Assembly (NCBI GenBank): GCA_027251445.1
Contig: JAPNQO010000057.1
Span: 1-39,521, forward strand
DNA: 39,521 nucleotides
Reading direction: 5' to 3'
Source: Fidelibacterota bacterium
GTDB taxonomy: Bacteria > Fidelibacterota > Marinisomatia > Marinisomatales > TCS55
Shown here: positions 8,745-18,230 of the stretch, piece by piece
How the letters are laid out: every line of letters starts with the position of its first letter
Position numbering within the stretch: position 1 is the first letter of the stretch
Notes under the pieces: generated by a model
The model's input: the letters and a program-made list of their open reading frames with translations, nothing else
What the model was told of the DNA's origin: nothing
Database searches by the model: none
Translations under genes and position numbers: made by a program

Positions 8745-9584
8745 ATGACTATCCTCAACATAAAATATATAGATGTTTATGCAGTTTTTTCTATACTAAT
8801 TCTATTTGGTCTTATTGAAGCTTTAGGAGGTTTATATGGAAAAAAATCAATTCGTTCTAAAAATGATTGGTATGTGGAACTTTTTAGCACCTTTCATTTA
8901 TTTGTTTTAATTAAACCAATCATTTTCTTCTTATCAACATTCTTTTTGATCAACTTTTTACCCCAGTATCGTAATACATTTATTGATTCAACCTTTTGGA
9001 TCTCATCATTAGTTGTAATCTTTGGAGATGATTTTTTGCAATATTGGTATCATCGCAAAGCTCATGAATGGCCTTGGCTATGGAAATTACATCGACCACA
9101 TCATTCTTCAAGAGAAATGGGAGTATTAGTTTCTTATCGTAATGCAATTATGTATTATATACTTATGCCAAATATATGGTGGCTTGCCATCGTAACTTAT
9201 TTTGGATTATATCAAGAGATGATTTTAGCAATTATATTAAAACAGATTATTGTAACTGGAGCACATAGTGAAGCAAGGTGGGATTCTTTTTTATATAAAC
9301 ATAAGTCTTTACATTCAATTGCTTGGGTGATTGAACGCGTTATTTCTACTCCAGCTACGCATTTTGCACACCACGGTCAAACTGCAGATGATGGAATTAG
9401 TAATCCAGATGGTAATTTTAGTAATATGTTTTTTCTTTGGGATGTAATATTTGGTACTGCAAAAATTACTAGAAAATATCCTACTGTTTATGGGATACCT
9501 AATGATCCAGATGATGATTGGAAATCTCATTTATATTATCCATTTATTAAATCAAATAAGTCAGATAGTGAAATCGCTATCTAA
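8745..9584 (+). CDS. Sterol desaturase / fatty acid hydroxylase family membrane enzyme
   Basis: His boxes YWYHRKAH, LHRPHHSS, GAHS and HFAHH; several TM segments; NFSNMFFLWD.IFGT. Confidence 0.9.
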   Translation: MTILNIKYIDVYAVFSILILFGLIEALGGLYGKKSIRSKNDWYVELFSTFHLFVLIKPIIFFLSTFFLINFLPQYRNTFIDSTFWISSLVVIFGDDFLQYWYHRKAHEWPWLWKLHRPHHSSREMGVLVSYRNAIMYYILMPNIWWLAIVTYFGLYQEMILAIILKQIIVTGAHSEARWDSFLYKHKSLHSIAWVIERVISTPATHFAHHGQTADDGISNPDGNFSNMFFLWDVIFGTAKITRKYPTVYGIPNDPDDDWKSHLYYPFIKSNKSDSEIAI

Positions 9585-9638
9585 TTGGAATGATTTATCT
9601 GATCTAGGAAAAACAAATGGACTTTAAACCTTGGTAAG

Positions 9639-10976
9639 ATTATAGGTACTATTAAACATAATATTTTTACAGCTTTTCTATATTTCTTTATTTTCTCATT
9701 TCTTGGATGTGACGATAAAAAACAAACTATTCTTGCAGGTATTGCTACAGTTAACATTACACCACCGCTAGGGTTAAATCCGATCCTTGGAGGGTATGGA
9801 GATCGAATGAGCAAACCAGCTATTGGAATTCATGATAATATTTATGCCAAGGCTATAGTGTTTAAAAATCATGAGAAATTATTTGCACTAGTGACTGCGG
9901 ATATGCAATCATTCCCCCCTTATTTTAAAACACAGCTTGTTGATACGTTACAAGAATTTGGTTGGGGTGCTGAAAATATTTTACTACTACCAAGTCACTC
10001 ACATTCTAGCGTTGAAATGATGTCCATTCATATAAAGAATAACTTAAATATTCCTCAGATTGGTATTTTTAATAGTAATGTACTAAAGTTGATGATTAAG
10101 AATTTTTCAAACGTAATATTAGAAGCACAGAAAAACTTACAGCCAATTACTATGGGGACAATAAAACAAGAGCTTGATGGTTGGAATAGAAATAGAAGAG
10201 AAGGAAATAGTATTATCGATAAAGATCTTGTGATAACAAGAATAAATAGAATGGATAATTCACCATTAGCAATATTGATTAACTGGACTGCTCATCCAAC
10301 ATTTATGGGCCCAGAGGACATGGAGTTTTCCGGTGGATGGCCTGGGGAATTGCAACGAACTATCGAAAAACTATCTAACTCTAATACAACTGCTTTTTAT
10401 TACAATGGAGCTGAAGGTGATCAAAGCCCAACTCCGCGTTTACATAATGCTAGCAATCTAGAACAAGCTAAGGCCTATGGTGCTGATTTAGGAAAGTTGT
10501 CCTGGGAGTTATCAAAGAATATTAAAACAAAACCTGTATTTAATTTACACTACCATCAGGTAGATCTACCATTACCTGCAAGAAGTTGGCATCCTGAATT
10601 TATGAATACGGGTGGAAAAGAATATGGTATTAACAGTGATCAAGCAAATTATATAATTAATTTGTTATTTCCTGATTCTTCATCAAGTATAATGTTTAAT
10701 GTAGGAAATTTATTAATTGTAGGTGTCCCAGGAGAAATGGCTGCTGAATTAGGAAAAAATATTAAAGAAAAGGTGCATAATAATACCGAAATTGAATTTG
10801 TTACTATTGGTGGCCTGGCAGACGAATGGATAAGTTACATGCTTTCTAAAGAAGAATATGAAAGAGGTGGATATGAAACCAGTGTTAGTTTTTATGGTCC
10901 TACACTGGGCCCTCTTGTTGTATCTAAGATTATTAACGCTTCAGAGTCTATCTCACCTTTAGGGATAAAAAATTAA
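9639..10976 (+). CDS. Neutral/alkaline ceramidase-family amidohydrolase, probable lipoprotein (start uncertain, upstream of the listed ATG at 9807)
   Basis: Motifs HSHSS, RNRR, NWTAHPT, GAEGDQSP, GVPGE and GGYE. The same frame upstream of 9807 encodes a signal peptide with lipobox (FLYFFIFSFLGC) and the family N-terminal motif AGIATVNITP...LGGYGDR. Confidence 0.8.
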   Translation: MIGTIKHNIFTAFLYFFIFSFLGCDDKKQTILAGIATVNITPPLGLNPILGGYGDRMSKPAIGIHDNIYAKAIVFKNHEKLFALVTADMQSFPPYFKTQLVDTLQEFGWGAENILLLPSHSHSSVEMMSIHIKNNLNIPQIGIFNSNVLKLMIKNFSNVILEAQKNLQPITMGTIKQELDGWNRNRREGNSIIDKDLVITRINRMDNSPLAILINWTAHPTFMGPEDMEFSGGWPGELQRTIEKLSNSNTTAFYYNGAEGDQSPTPRLHNASNLEQAKAYGADLGKLSWELSKNIKTKPVFNLHYHQVDLPLPARSWHPEFMNTGGKEYGINSDQANYIINLLFPDSSSSIMFNVGNLLIVGVPGEMAAELGKNIKEKVHNNTEIEFVTIGGLADEWISYMLSKEEYERGGYETSVSFYGPTLGPLVVSKIINASESISPLGIKN

Positions 10977-11027
10977 GAACATAATTTTTTTTCATATAAG
11001 ATTGTAATTTCAAGGTCAAATGATAAA

Positions 11028-14000
11028 TTGAATGATCCAATAATGATTTCAAAATATATTACAATAAATGCTCATATCTATTTCGCACGTAAAATAGTAG
11101 TTCTATTTCTATTACTTTTATTTATACCTAATGGCTTATTGGGTAAGAAAAAACCATTTATTGGTAAAGACCGATATAATCGACAAATATCGGAAGGTGT
11201 TGAGAATAATGGCGATACACTTTCTGTAACATATATAGCATTTCATCCATTTCAAATTGATACGACAAAAATGGCTGTTAATAAGATTGCAGGTAGGCTA
11301 ACAAAACAAGAGATAGATATTTTTAAGAATTTTGCGGAAGTATATAAGTTTGCTGATGAAGGACCTAAAGAAGAATTATATGTGGTACAAGGTAGTCAGA
11401 TTGATAGCATATTTTATGATGGTCTTTTTGGATTTAAAAAAATTGTCATTCCATCAGATGCAAACAAAAAGTTTAGTCATTATTATGAAAAAGGATTAAA
11501 AGAGGGAGAGTGGATAGAATGGTTTGTAGACGAATCACCAAGAGAGATTTACAATTATAAAAAAGATCTATTAGAAGGACCTTATGCTATTTATGATTCT
11601 GCAAGTGCCCAGAAAATTATTGAAAAAATGTATAAAAAGGATTTATTGCATGGCGTATGGAAAGAATGGTATTTAGACAATACACTGAAGCTTGAGTATT
11701 CATATAAAAATGATAATCTTCACGGAGTAAGTATTGATTATGATTCTACAGGGAAAAAAGATTCAGAAAAAATGTATAAAGAAGGCTTAAAAGATGGTGA
11801 ATGGAATTTCTATAATGATGATGTAGTTCTAGTACGAGTAGAAGTATATAATGATGATTTGAAAGATGGACTTTGGTATACAAAAGATTTAGAAACTAGA
11901 GATATTCATTATGAAGAATACAGAGAGGATAAATTTATAGTTCGATATACGGAACACTATTATCCTAATTTTCAATTGATGGAAAAATATGCGTATAAGG
12001 ATAGTCTTCCGCATGGGAAATGGATAGGGTATTACAAAGATGGGGAAACGAAACATGTAAAGAGATTTGAAGATGGTAAAAAACAAGGTAAGTGGCAATA
12101 CTATACTGAATTAGGAGATGTTCATACGTTAGAATTATTTGAAAATGATAAACGGAATGGAGAGTGGTATAAAAGACTAGAGGGGAAAGATATTCAGTAT
12201 CAGTTTTGGGATATGGACTCATTAATATCAGAGTATGCAGATTTACATTATCCAAATGGACAGTTGAAAGAAAAGATCTCGTATAAAGAGGGTTTGAAAG
12301 ATGGGAAATTTACTGGGTATTATCAAAATGGATCAAAAAAGTATGTAAAACGATATGAAGATGATATTCCAGCTGGAAAATGGCAATATTATACAATGGC
12401 AGGAAAAACAAATGCAGAAGAAATTTATGTCGATGGAAAACGTGATGATGAATGGTATCGATTAGAGCAAAATGGTGATGTCTATTACCAGTTTTGGGAT
12501 ATGGACTCGTTAATATCAGAGTATGCTGATTTACATTATCCTAATGGACAATTGATAGAGAAAATTTCGTATAAAGAAGGTTTAAAGGACGGAAAATTCA
12601 CTGGGTATTACGAAAGTGGAGAAACAAAGCATAAGAAAAAATATACAGAAGATAAACCAGATGGTAAGTGGCAGTTTTTTACTGCTGGAGGTGATAAGAA
12701 TGAAGAGCAAATCTATGCTGAGGGAAAGAAAGTTGAAGAATGGTACCGTATAGATGAAAAAGGAGATACATATTATCAATTCTGGGATCAAGATTCTCTT
12801 ATATCAGAGTATGCAGATTTACATTATTCTAATGGGCAATTGATAGAGAAAATTTCGTATAAAGATGGTTTAAAGGATGGGAAATTCACTGGTTATTATC
12901 CTTCAGGTAAAGTGGAATATATAAAACGCTATGAAGAAGATAAACCTATGGGTGAATGGAAATTTGTTAAAGAAGATGGTTCAACAAAAAAGATAGAACG
13001 ATATGAGATGGGCAAAAAGAATGAGGAATGGATAACATATGAAGAGAATGGTGATGTATATTATCAATATTGGGTTCAAGATTCTCTTATATCTGAATAT
13101 GCCGATTTACATTATCCGAACGGACAATTAATAGAAAAAATTTCATACAAAGAAGGTAAGAAAAATGGAAAATTCACTGGTTATTACGAAAGTGGCCAAA
13201 CGAAGTATATACGGACATATAAAGATGACAAATTAGAAGGGAAATACGCTGATTATACAGAATCAGGACAAATATTATTGAAGCAATCATATGTAAATGA
13301 TTTACTTGATGGTGCTTCCAAGGAATGGTATTTAAATGGAAAAGTAAAAGTGAAAACCTCATATACTGCAGGAAAGTTAAATGGTGGCTTTATGTCATAC
13401 GATAGTCTGGGTAGAAAAGAAACCAAGGGTGAGTATGAAATGGGATTAAAGACTGGTGATTGGTTAACATGGTATCCTAGCGGTAAGAAGAAAGAACGAT
13501 TAAGTTATTTTAGTGGGAAAGCAAATGGTATGTACTCACTGTGGGATGAAGAAGGTAGAATCATTAAAGAGGGAGAATATTCAAATGATCTCAAACATGG
13601 TGTTTGGATAACTTTTGATCCTGATTTGAAGAGACAGGAATCATATGAGTATTATGATATGGGGGTTGCGAAATTAAAATATTTCTTTAAATACTATGAT
13701 AATGGGAACCTCATGGAAGAACCGTCTTTTACAGAATATTTTCGTGATGGAGAATGGAGGCAGTTATTTGATAATGAACGCTTACAGTACTTAACAACAT
13801 ATTCTATGGGGAAAAAATATGGTTTATATGAAGAATGGACGATAAATAAAGAATTAGTTCAAAGAGGGTACTATGAATATGATCTAATGTCTGCATTATG
13901 GACTTATGCAAAAAATGATTCTGTAATTAAATATGAAGTATATGATGCAGATTCAATTATTGATGGTTTTGTTTATGAATATTATGAAAATGATCAATCT

Positions 14001-14732
14001 AAGGCAGATGCTGTATTTTTAGAAAATGGAAAACGTGATCAAAAATGGTATACTTATTTTGAAGAGGGAAAAGATTCAACAATATCAGTATACGATGGTG
14101 GCAAAATGACAGGTACTTGGTATGTAAATTATGATTCAACTTTTGAAGTATTCACAGAAACTAATTATGAAAATAATTTAAAACATGGCGACTATAAAGA
14201 ATGGTATATTGATGAAAATCCAATGGTTGAGGGTTATTATGAATATGGTAAGAAACATTTACTTTGGGCATTTTGGGATGAAAGAGGTTACCAAAGATTT
14301 GAAGAGTGGCGAATGGGCGAATTATATGATACATTTGAATACGAATACTATGATAATGGACAATTAAAAGAAGAGCCCAGTTATAAAAATAGAAAAAAAC
14401 ATGGAAAATGGTTTAGGTATTTCCCTGATGGAGAAATCAGTGGTGTACGTGAATTTGCAAATGGAAAACGTGTAGGAGAATGGGTAGATTATTATCGTAA
14501 AGATGAGATTGCCTTTCAAGGTATTTACAAGGATGATAAAAAAGATGGTCCTTGGATTTGGTATTATATGAACAGAGGAGAACCAGGAGAAGAGGGGAAT
14601 ATAATGAGCGAAGTTAAATTTAGTAATGGTGAATTGATTTCTGAAAAGTGCTATAAACGTGAAGATAATCAAGAAATTAACTGTCAGGAGATTTTTGGTG
14701 AAAATGATTATCGTTTTGCTGAAAAAAAATAA
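11028..14732 (+). CDS. Very large exported MORN-variant (YwqK-like) repeat protein
   Basis: Hydrophobic N-terminal segment; dozens of G.kdG.w..yy.nG repeats; C-terminal Cys pair (EKCY...INC). Exact start codon uncertain. Confidence 0.85.
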   Translation: MNDPIMISKYITINAHIYFARKIVVLFLLLLFIPNGLLGKKKPFIGKDRYNRQISEGVENNGDTLSVTYIAFHPFQIDTTKMAVNKIAGRLTKQEIDIFKNFAEVYKFADEGPKEELYVVQGSQIDSIFYDGLFGFKKIVIPSDANKKFSHYYEKGLKEGEWIEWFVDESPREIYNYKKDLLEGPYAIYDSASAQKIIEKMYKKDLLHGVWKEWYLDNTLKLEYSYKNDNLHGVSIDYDSTGKKDSEKMYKEGLKDGEWNFYNDDVVLVRVEVYNDDLKDGLWYTKDLETRDIHYEEYREDKFIVRYTEHYYPNFQLMEKYAYKDSLPHGKWIGYYKDGETKHVKRFEDGKKQGKWQYYTELGDVHTLELFENDKRNGEWYKRLEGKDIQYQFWDMDSLISEYADLHYPNGQLKEKISYKEGLKDGKFTGYYQNGSKKYVKRYEDDIPAGKWQYYTMAGKTNAEEIYVDGKRDDEWYRLEQNGDVYYQFWDMDSLISEYADLHYPNGQLIEKISYKEGLKDGKFTGYYESGETKHKKKYTEDKPDGKWQFFTAGGDKNEEQIYAEGKKVEEWYRIDEKGDTYYQFWDQDSLISEYADLHYSNGQLIEKISYKDGLKDGKFTGYYPSGKVEYIKRYEEDKPMGEWKFVKEDGSTKKIERYEMGKKNEEWITYEENGDVYYQYWVQDSLISEYADLHYPNGQLIEKISYKEGKKNGKFTGYYESGQTKYIRTYKDDKLEGKYADYTESGQILLKQSYVNDLLDGASKEWYLNGKVKVKTSYTAGKLNGGFMSYDSLGRKETKGEYEMGLKTGDWLTWYPSGKKKERLSYFSGKANGMYSLWDEEGRIIKEGEYSNDLKHGVWITFDPDLKRQESYEYYDMGVAKLKYFFKYYDNGNLMEEPSFTEYFRDGEWRQLFDNERLQYLTTYSMGKKYGLYEEWTINKELVQRGYYEYDLMSALWTYAKNDSVIKYEVYDADSIIDGFVYEYYENDQSKADAVFLENGKRDQKWYTYFEEGKDSTISVYDGGKMTGTWYVNYDSTFEVFTETNYENNLKHGDYKEWYIDENPMVEGYYEYGKKHLLWAFWDERGYQRFEEWRMGELYDTFEYEYYDNGQLKEEPSYKNRKKHGKWFRYFPDGEISGVREFANGKRVGEWVDYYRKDEIAFQGIYKDDKKDGPWIWYYMNRGEPGEEGNIMSEVKFSNGELISEKCYKREDNQEINCQEIFGENDYRFAEKK
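11913..13352 (+). repeat. Intragenic tandem repeat with 288-bp (96-aa) period: four conserved units plus a degenerate upstream unit
   Basis: The CA(G/A)T(T/A)(T/C)TGGG anchor (Q-F/Y-W) recurs at 12201, 12489, 12777 and 13065. Each is followed by DSLISEYADLHY.NGQL.EKISYK.G.K.GKFTGYY. Outer boundaries are approximate. Confidence 0.9.
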
Positions 14733-14734
14733 CG

Positions 14735-15652
14735 ATGGATCGTAGAAAATTTATTTCAACAGCTGCTCTTGCACCTTTTGCTGGTTCTTTTTTACAATCA
14801 TGTGGGAAAATAAATATGAATTCTAATTATAAATTTGCAATTGCAACTTATTCTTATTGGCATTTTCGTGAGCCAAAAGTAACAGTTCAACAAGTAATAG
14901 ATCATGCATCTAACCTTGAAGTTGAAGGAGTTGATGTTCTTCATGTTCAAATGGATAATGAAACACCTGAATACATTCGATCTTTAAGGACTAGAGCTGA
15001 GGATAAAAATATTGAATTAATTTGTTTATCGATTCATCAAGACTTTGTTGATCCAGATAAAGAAAAGCGTAATAAAAATATTGATCATACAAAGAGATGT
15101 ATTGATATAGCGCATGATTTAGGAATTTCTTATATACGACTTAACTCTGGTAGATGGAATACAATCGAATCATTTGATGATCTTATGGCAAACAAAGGAG
15201 TTGAACCAGTTCTGCCTGGTTTTACTGAAGATGATGGTTTTAAATGGTGCATTGATTCTATCAATGAATGTTTGCCTCATGCGGAGCAAGCTGATGTTGT
15301 CTTAGCTTTAGAAAATCATTGGGGATTAACACGTACACCTTCTGGTCTATTACGTATTGTGAATTCTATAGATTCACCTTGGTTGGGGGTCTTAATGGAT
15401 ACTGGAAATTTTTTGGAAGATCCATATGAAAAATTAGAAGAGATTGCCCCTCAAGCGGTTTTTGTCCAGGCAAAAACATATTACGGAGGTGGAGAATGGT
15501 ATACATTGGATCTAGATTATCCGAGAATAGCAGAAATATTAAACAAAGTAAATTATAAGGGTTATATATCTTTAGAATTTGAAGGAAAAGAAGATGCGAA
15601 CACAGGTGTTCCCAAAAGTATAGAGTTATTAAAAAGATCTTTTAATTCATAA
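14735..15652 (+). CDS. Sugar phosphate isomerase/epimerase (xylose isomerase-like TIM barrel), Tat-exported
   Basis: Twin-arginine signal MDRRKFI; motifs LALENH, MDTGNF, VQAK and ISLEFEG. Confidence 0.88.
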   Translation: MDRRKFISTAALAPFAGSFLQSCGKINMNSNYKFAIATYSYWHFREPKVTVQQVIDHASNLEVEGVDVLHVQMDNETPEYIRSLRTRAEDKNIELICLSIHQDFVDPDKEKRNKNIDHTKRCIDIAHDLGISYIRLNSGRWNTIESFDDLMANKGVEPVLPGFTEDDGFKWCIDSINECLPHAEQADVVLALENHWGLTRTPSGLLRIVNSIDSPWLGVLMDTGNFLEDPYEKLEEIAPQAVFVQAKTYYGGGEWYTLDLDYPRIAEILNKVNYKGYISLEFEGKEDANTGVPKSIELLKRSFNS

Positions 15653-15657
15653 TATAT

Positions 15658-15858
15658 ATGCAAGGAACAGTCAAAGAATATAACCGTGGCCGCGGATTTG
15701 GTTTTATAACCGGAGAAGATGGTGATGATTATTTTGTACATCTTTCAGGAATCGGACCAAAGCTGCAAAAATTTGGATTACGTGAAGGTCAACAAGTTGT
15801 CTTTGATGTTGATTACGACCATAAAGGTGATAAAGCAATCAATGTTCGTCCTATTTAG
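15658..15858 (+). CDS. Cold-shock domain protein
   Basis: GTVKEYN, RNP1 RGFGFI, RNP2 YFVHLS, C-terminal KAINV. Confidence 0.92.
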   Translation: MQGTVKEYNRGRGFGFITGEDGDDYFVHLSGIGPKLQKFGLREGQQVVFDVDYDHKGDKAINVRPI

Positions 15859-15861
15859 TCA

Positions 15862-16989
15862 TTAAACCTTATAATCTTCCGCAAAAGAAAGACGTTCCCC
15901 AATCGGGGGATGTGAATAATATAATAACTTTACCCACCACTCTGGATAGGCATTTGAAAGATTTCTATTTGCTAAACCGGCCATAGCATTTAGGAATGCA
16001 TCTTTATCAGGATATAGCTCTAAAGATGTTCTATCAGCTTGCCTTTCAAAGTAGCGTGATATCATATTATTTAAGGGGCCAAAAAGTAGACTAGATAAAA
16101 GGCCCATAATCAGACTAAACATTGGAAACAGAGTAAGGTTAATTACATTTGATGTAAGGAATTCCGGATATAGTATTTTCATTATTATGTTTAGTAGGTA
16201 GAAAATAATCAGTTGTTGAATTGTGCCAACTATAATGTTTTTTGGTAAATGTGAATAACGATAATGACCTACTTCATGGGCAATAACAGATTTAATTTCC
16301 GATAAATTCATGTGTTCTAATAAATTATCAGCAATTACCACTCTTCTAGTTTTACCCATTCCTGCTAGGAAAGCATTTTCTTTCTTTGTCTGACGACTCA
16401 TATCTTGGCGGAAAAACCCACTGGGGTTTAAACCAGCTTTATGTAGTATTTCAGATAACTGTGTAGTCAGCTTTTCATCATCTATAGGATCATATTTGTT
16501 AAATATTGGAAGTATAACTACTGGAAATAATGTTACAAATATAATTGAAATAAGTGTAGTAACAGCAGCCGCAATTAGCCACCAATTATCCGGAAATCTC
16601 CATAATACCCAAAAGAAAATCCCAAGTAGTATAGGTAATAATATTAAACTAACTGTGAATGATTTTAATTGATCAATGAACCATGTCTTATTAGTATAAT
16701 TCGAAAACCCCCATTTATGTTCATGAACATAACTTGAGTAATATCCTGCTGGTAGCCCAATAATTGTAGAGAGTACATGAAAAATGGTTATATAAATGAG
16801 AAATACATATATAAATGAAAGATTAATATTTGCTAAATAATTGCTAAGTCCGCTAAAATAAAAAAACAAAATAAATAGGAGGGATAATAAGGATCCAACA
16901 ATACTAATTTTTCTCTTCTCACTTTCATAAGTTTTTGCTTTTACTTGTTTTTCCTTATCAAGTAATGGATGTATATCAATATGTTTCAT
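15862..16989 (-). CDS. M48 family zinc metallopeptidase (Ste24/CAAX protease-like)
   Basis: ENAFLAG, HEVGH zinc motif, ERQAD, YSHPP..ER; multiple TM segments; SD GGAG upstream. Confidence 0.92.
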   Translation of the reverse strand: MKHIDIHPLLDKEKQVKAKTYESEKRKISIVGSLLSLLFILFFYFSGLSNYLANINLSFIYVFLIYITIFHVLSTIIGLPAGYYSSYVHEHKWGFSNYTNKTWFIDQLKSFTVSLILLPILLGIFFWVLWRFPDNWWLIAAAVTTLISIIFVTLFPVVILPIFNKYDPIDDEKLTTQLSEILHKAGLNPSGFFRQDMSRQTKKENAFLAGMGKTRRVVIADNLLEHMNLSEIKSVIAHEVGHYRYSHLPKNIIVGTIQQLIIFYLLNIIMKILYPEFLTSNVINLTLFPMFSLIMGLLSSLLFGPLNNMISRYFERQADRTSLELYPDKDAFLNAMAGLANRNLSNAYPEWWVKLLYYSHPPIGERLSFAEDYKV

Positions 16990-17000
16990 TAAATAATCTC

Positions 17001-17645
17001 CTATAATGCTGATTGTAAATTTGCTACAGTTCCAGTCTTTATAAACTTTTTTATTAGTTTGGAAGAAGGAATGCTAATTATATGGCCTCCTTCAACAACT
17101 TCTAAATGAGATATAAATCCATTCTTTTTTAAAATATCAGCAAGATGAACACTCTCATTATAATTTACAACTGAATCCTTTTTCCCATGAATCATTAATA
17201 TAGGTGTATGTTTACTTTCAGTAGAAGAGTCATTTAATAGATCATTTATATCTCGCACTACAGAGGCAATAGAAATGATACCTTTAAGTGTGAAGCCTGC
17301 TTTAAGACCGTATCTCAATGCAAGGTTAGCTCCCATTGAAAAACCAAGTAAAATAATTTTATTTGGTAAAAAACCATCATCAATAATTCTTTCAAATAAC
17401 TTATCCATTAAGTTGAAAGTTTTTTTTGTTTTCCAGCCACTTTCAGGTGAACCACTAAACCATGTATACCCTTTCCCACTACTCGCTTCATACGGAGCTT
17501 GAGGTATATACCACTTTGCATTTGGGACTTTCATTGATTTAGCAACTGGGACCATAGAATGTTCAGACCCTGTCCATCCATGGAGAGCAATAATCGCAGT
17601 ATTTATTTTATCTGATTCTTTATAATAATTAAGAATCATTGCCAA
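17001..17645 (-). CDS. Phospholipase/carboxylesterase (alpha/beta hydrolase)
   Basis: LHGWTG, PQAP, nucleophile GFSMG, HGKKDSVV, GGH. Confidence 0.88.
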   Translation of the reverse strand: MAMILNYYKESDKINTAIIALHGWTGSEHSMVPVAKSMKVPNAKWYIPQAPYEASSGKGYTWFSGSPESGWKTKKTFNLMDKLFERIIDDGFLPNKIILLGFSMGANLALRYGLKAGFTLKGIISIASVVRDINDLLNDSSTESKHTPILMIHGKKDSVVNYNESVHLADILKKNGFISHLEVVEGGHIISIPSSKLIKKFIKTGTVANLQSAL

Positions 17646-17921
17646 TTAGTCACAGCAGCAGTCATCAACGATTTCAATTGTATCAAGGTCAAAATCATTT
17701 TCCGTTAACCCTGTTAATTGATAGCGAATGCAAATGCCAATGTTAACGCCATCTATACTACCAATATCTACAAGATCTTCTTGGGTAACTTTCTTGAATA
17801 AATATCCATCAAGAAGACCCCCACCACAACTGGAACATTCTGGATTATCTTGGCAGGTAAAGAACGTAAATAATACTATGGGTATAATTACAATAAGGAA
17901 TTTTTTATATATACTCATCAT
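17646..17921 (-). CDS. Small Cys-rich putative lipoprotein, unknown function
   Basis: Signal peptide ending FTFFTC; CSSC; C-terminal DDCCCD; abuts both neighbouring genes. Confidence 0.65.
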   Translation of the reverse strand: MMSIYKKFLIVIIPIVLFTFFTCQDNPECSSCGGGLLDGYLFKKVTQEDLVDIGSIDGVNIGICIRYQLTGLTENDFDLDTIEIVDDCCCD

Positions 17922-18229
17922 TATTTTTTAAAGTTTGGTTTTGCACTAAGAACCCAGCGAGCATTCGCAGGCGTACGGCTTGGTTCCATACGATATAATT
18001 CTCCAGTAGTAGTATCAAGAAGATAATGCCAATGAGTACGATCAATGCTAAAACTCTGCAACTGATATCTGCCACTTGGGCCAATACTTGTATCACCGCT
18101 TAAGTATGCATCAATTCGACCAAGCATTACTTTTAAAGAATCATCATCAATTTGACTGGCACCCATAAACATAAAAATACATACTGTTGCAATAGTTCCT
18201 GTAATGAATCCACTAAGATATTTTTTCAT
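17921..18229 (-). CDS. Small membrane-anchored hypothetical protein (start revised to ATG at 18229)
   Basis: AAGGAG SD precedes MKKYLSGF; N-terminal TM helix; GRYQ...LLDTTTGE motif. The revised start removes the overlap with the upstream gene. Confidence 0.7.
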   Translation of the reverse strand: MKKYLSGFITGTIATVCIFMFMGASQIDDDSLKVMLGRIDAYLSGDTSIGPSGRYQLQSFSIDRTHWHYLLDTTTGELYRMEPSRTPANARWVLSAKPNFKK

Positions 18230-18230
18230 T

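Noticed and set aside
9623..9629. TTTAAAC -1 slippery heptamer explaining the missing start codon
   Set aside because: It is phased in the ceramidase frame, so a -1 shift would leave that frame rather than enter it from the upstream ATG.
11913..13352. CRISPR array or DGR template/variable repeat
   Set aside because: The units are 288-bp in-frame coding repeats with mostly synonymous-type differences, not adenine-specific ones. There are no spacers, cas genes or reverse transcriptase in the window.
5856..14732. YwqJ/YwqK-type toxin-antitoxin modules
   Set aside because: Both MORN-variant proteins have export signals and no adjacent toxin, deaminase or nuclease gene. The label reflects only repeat similarity.
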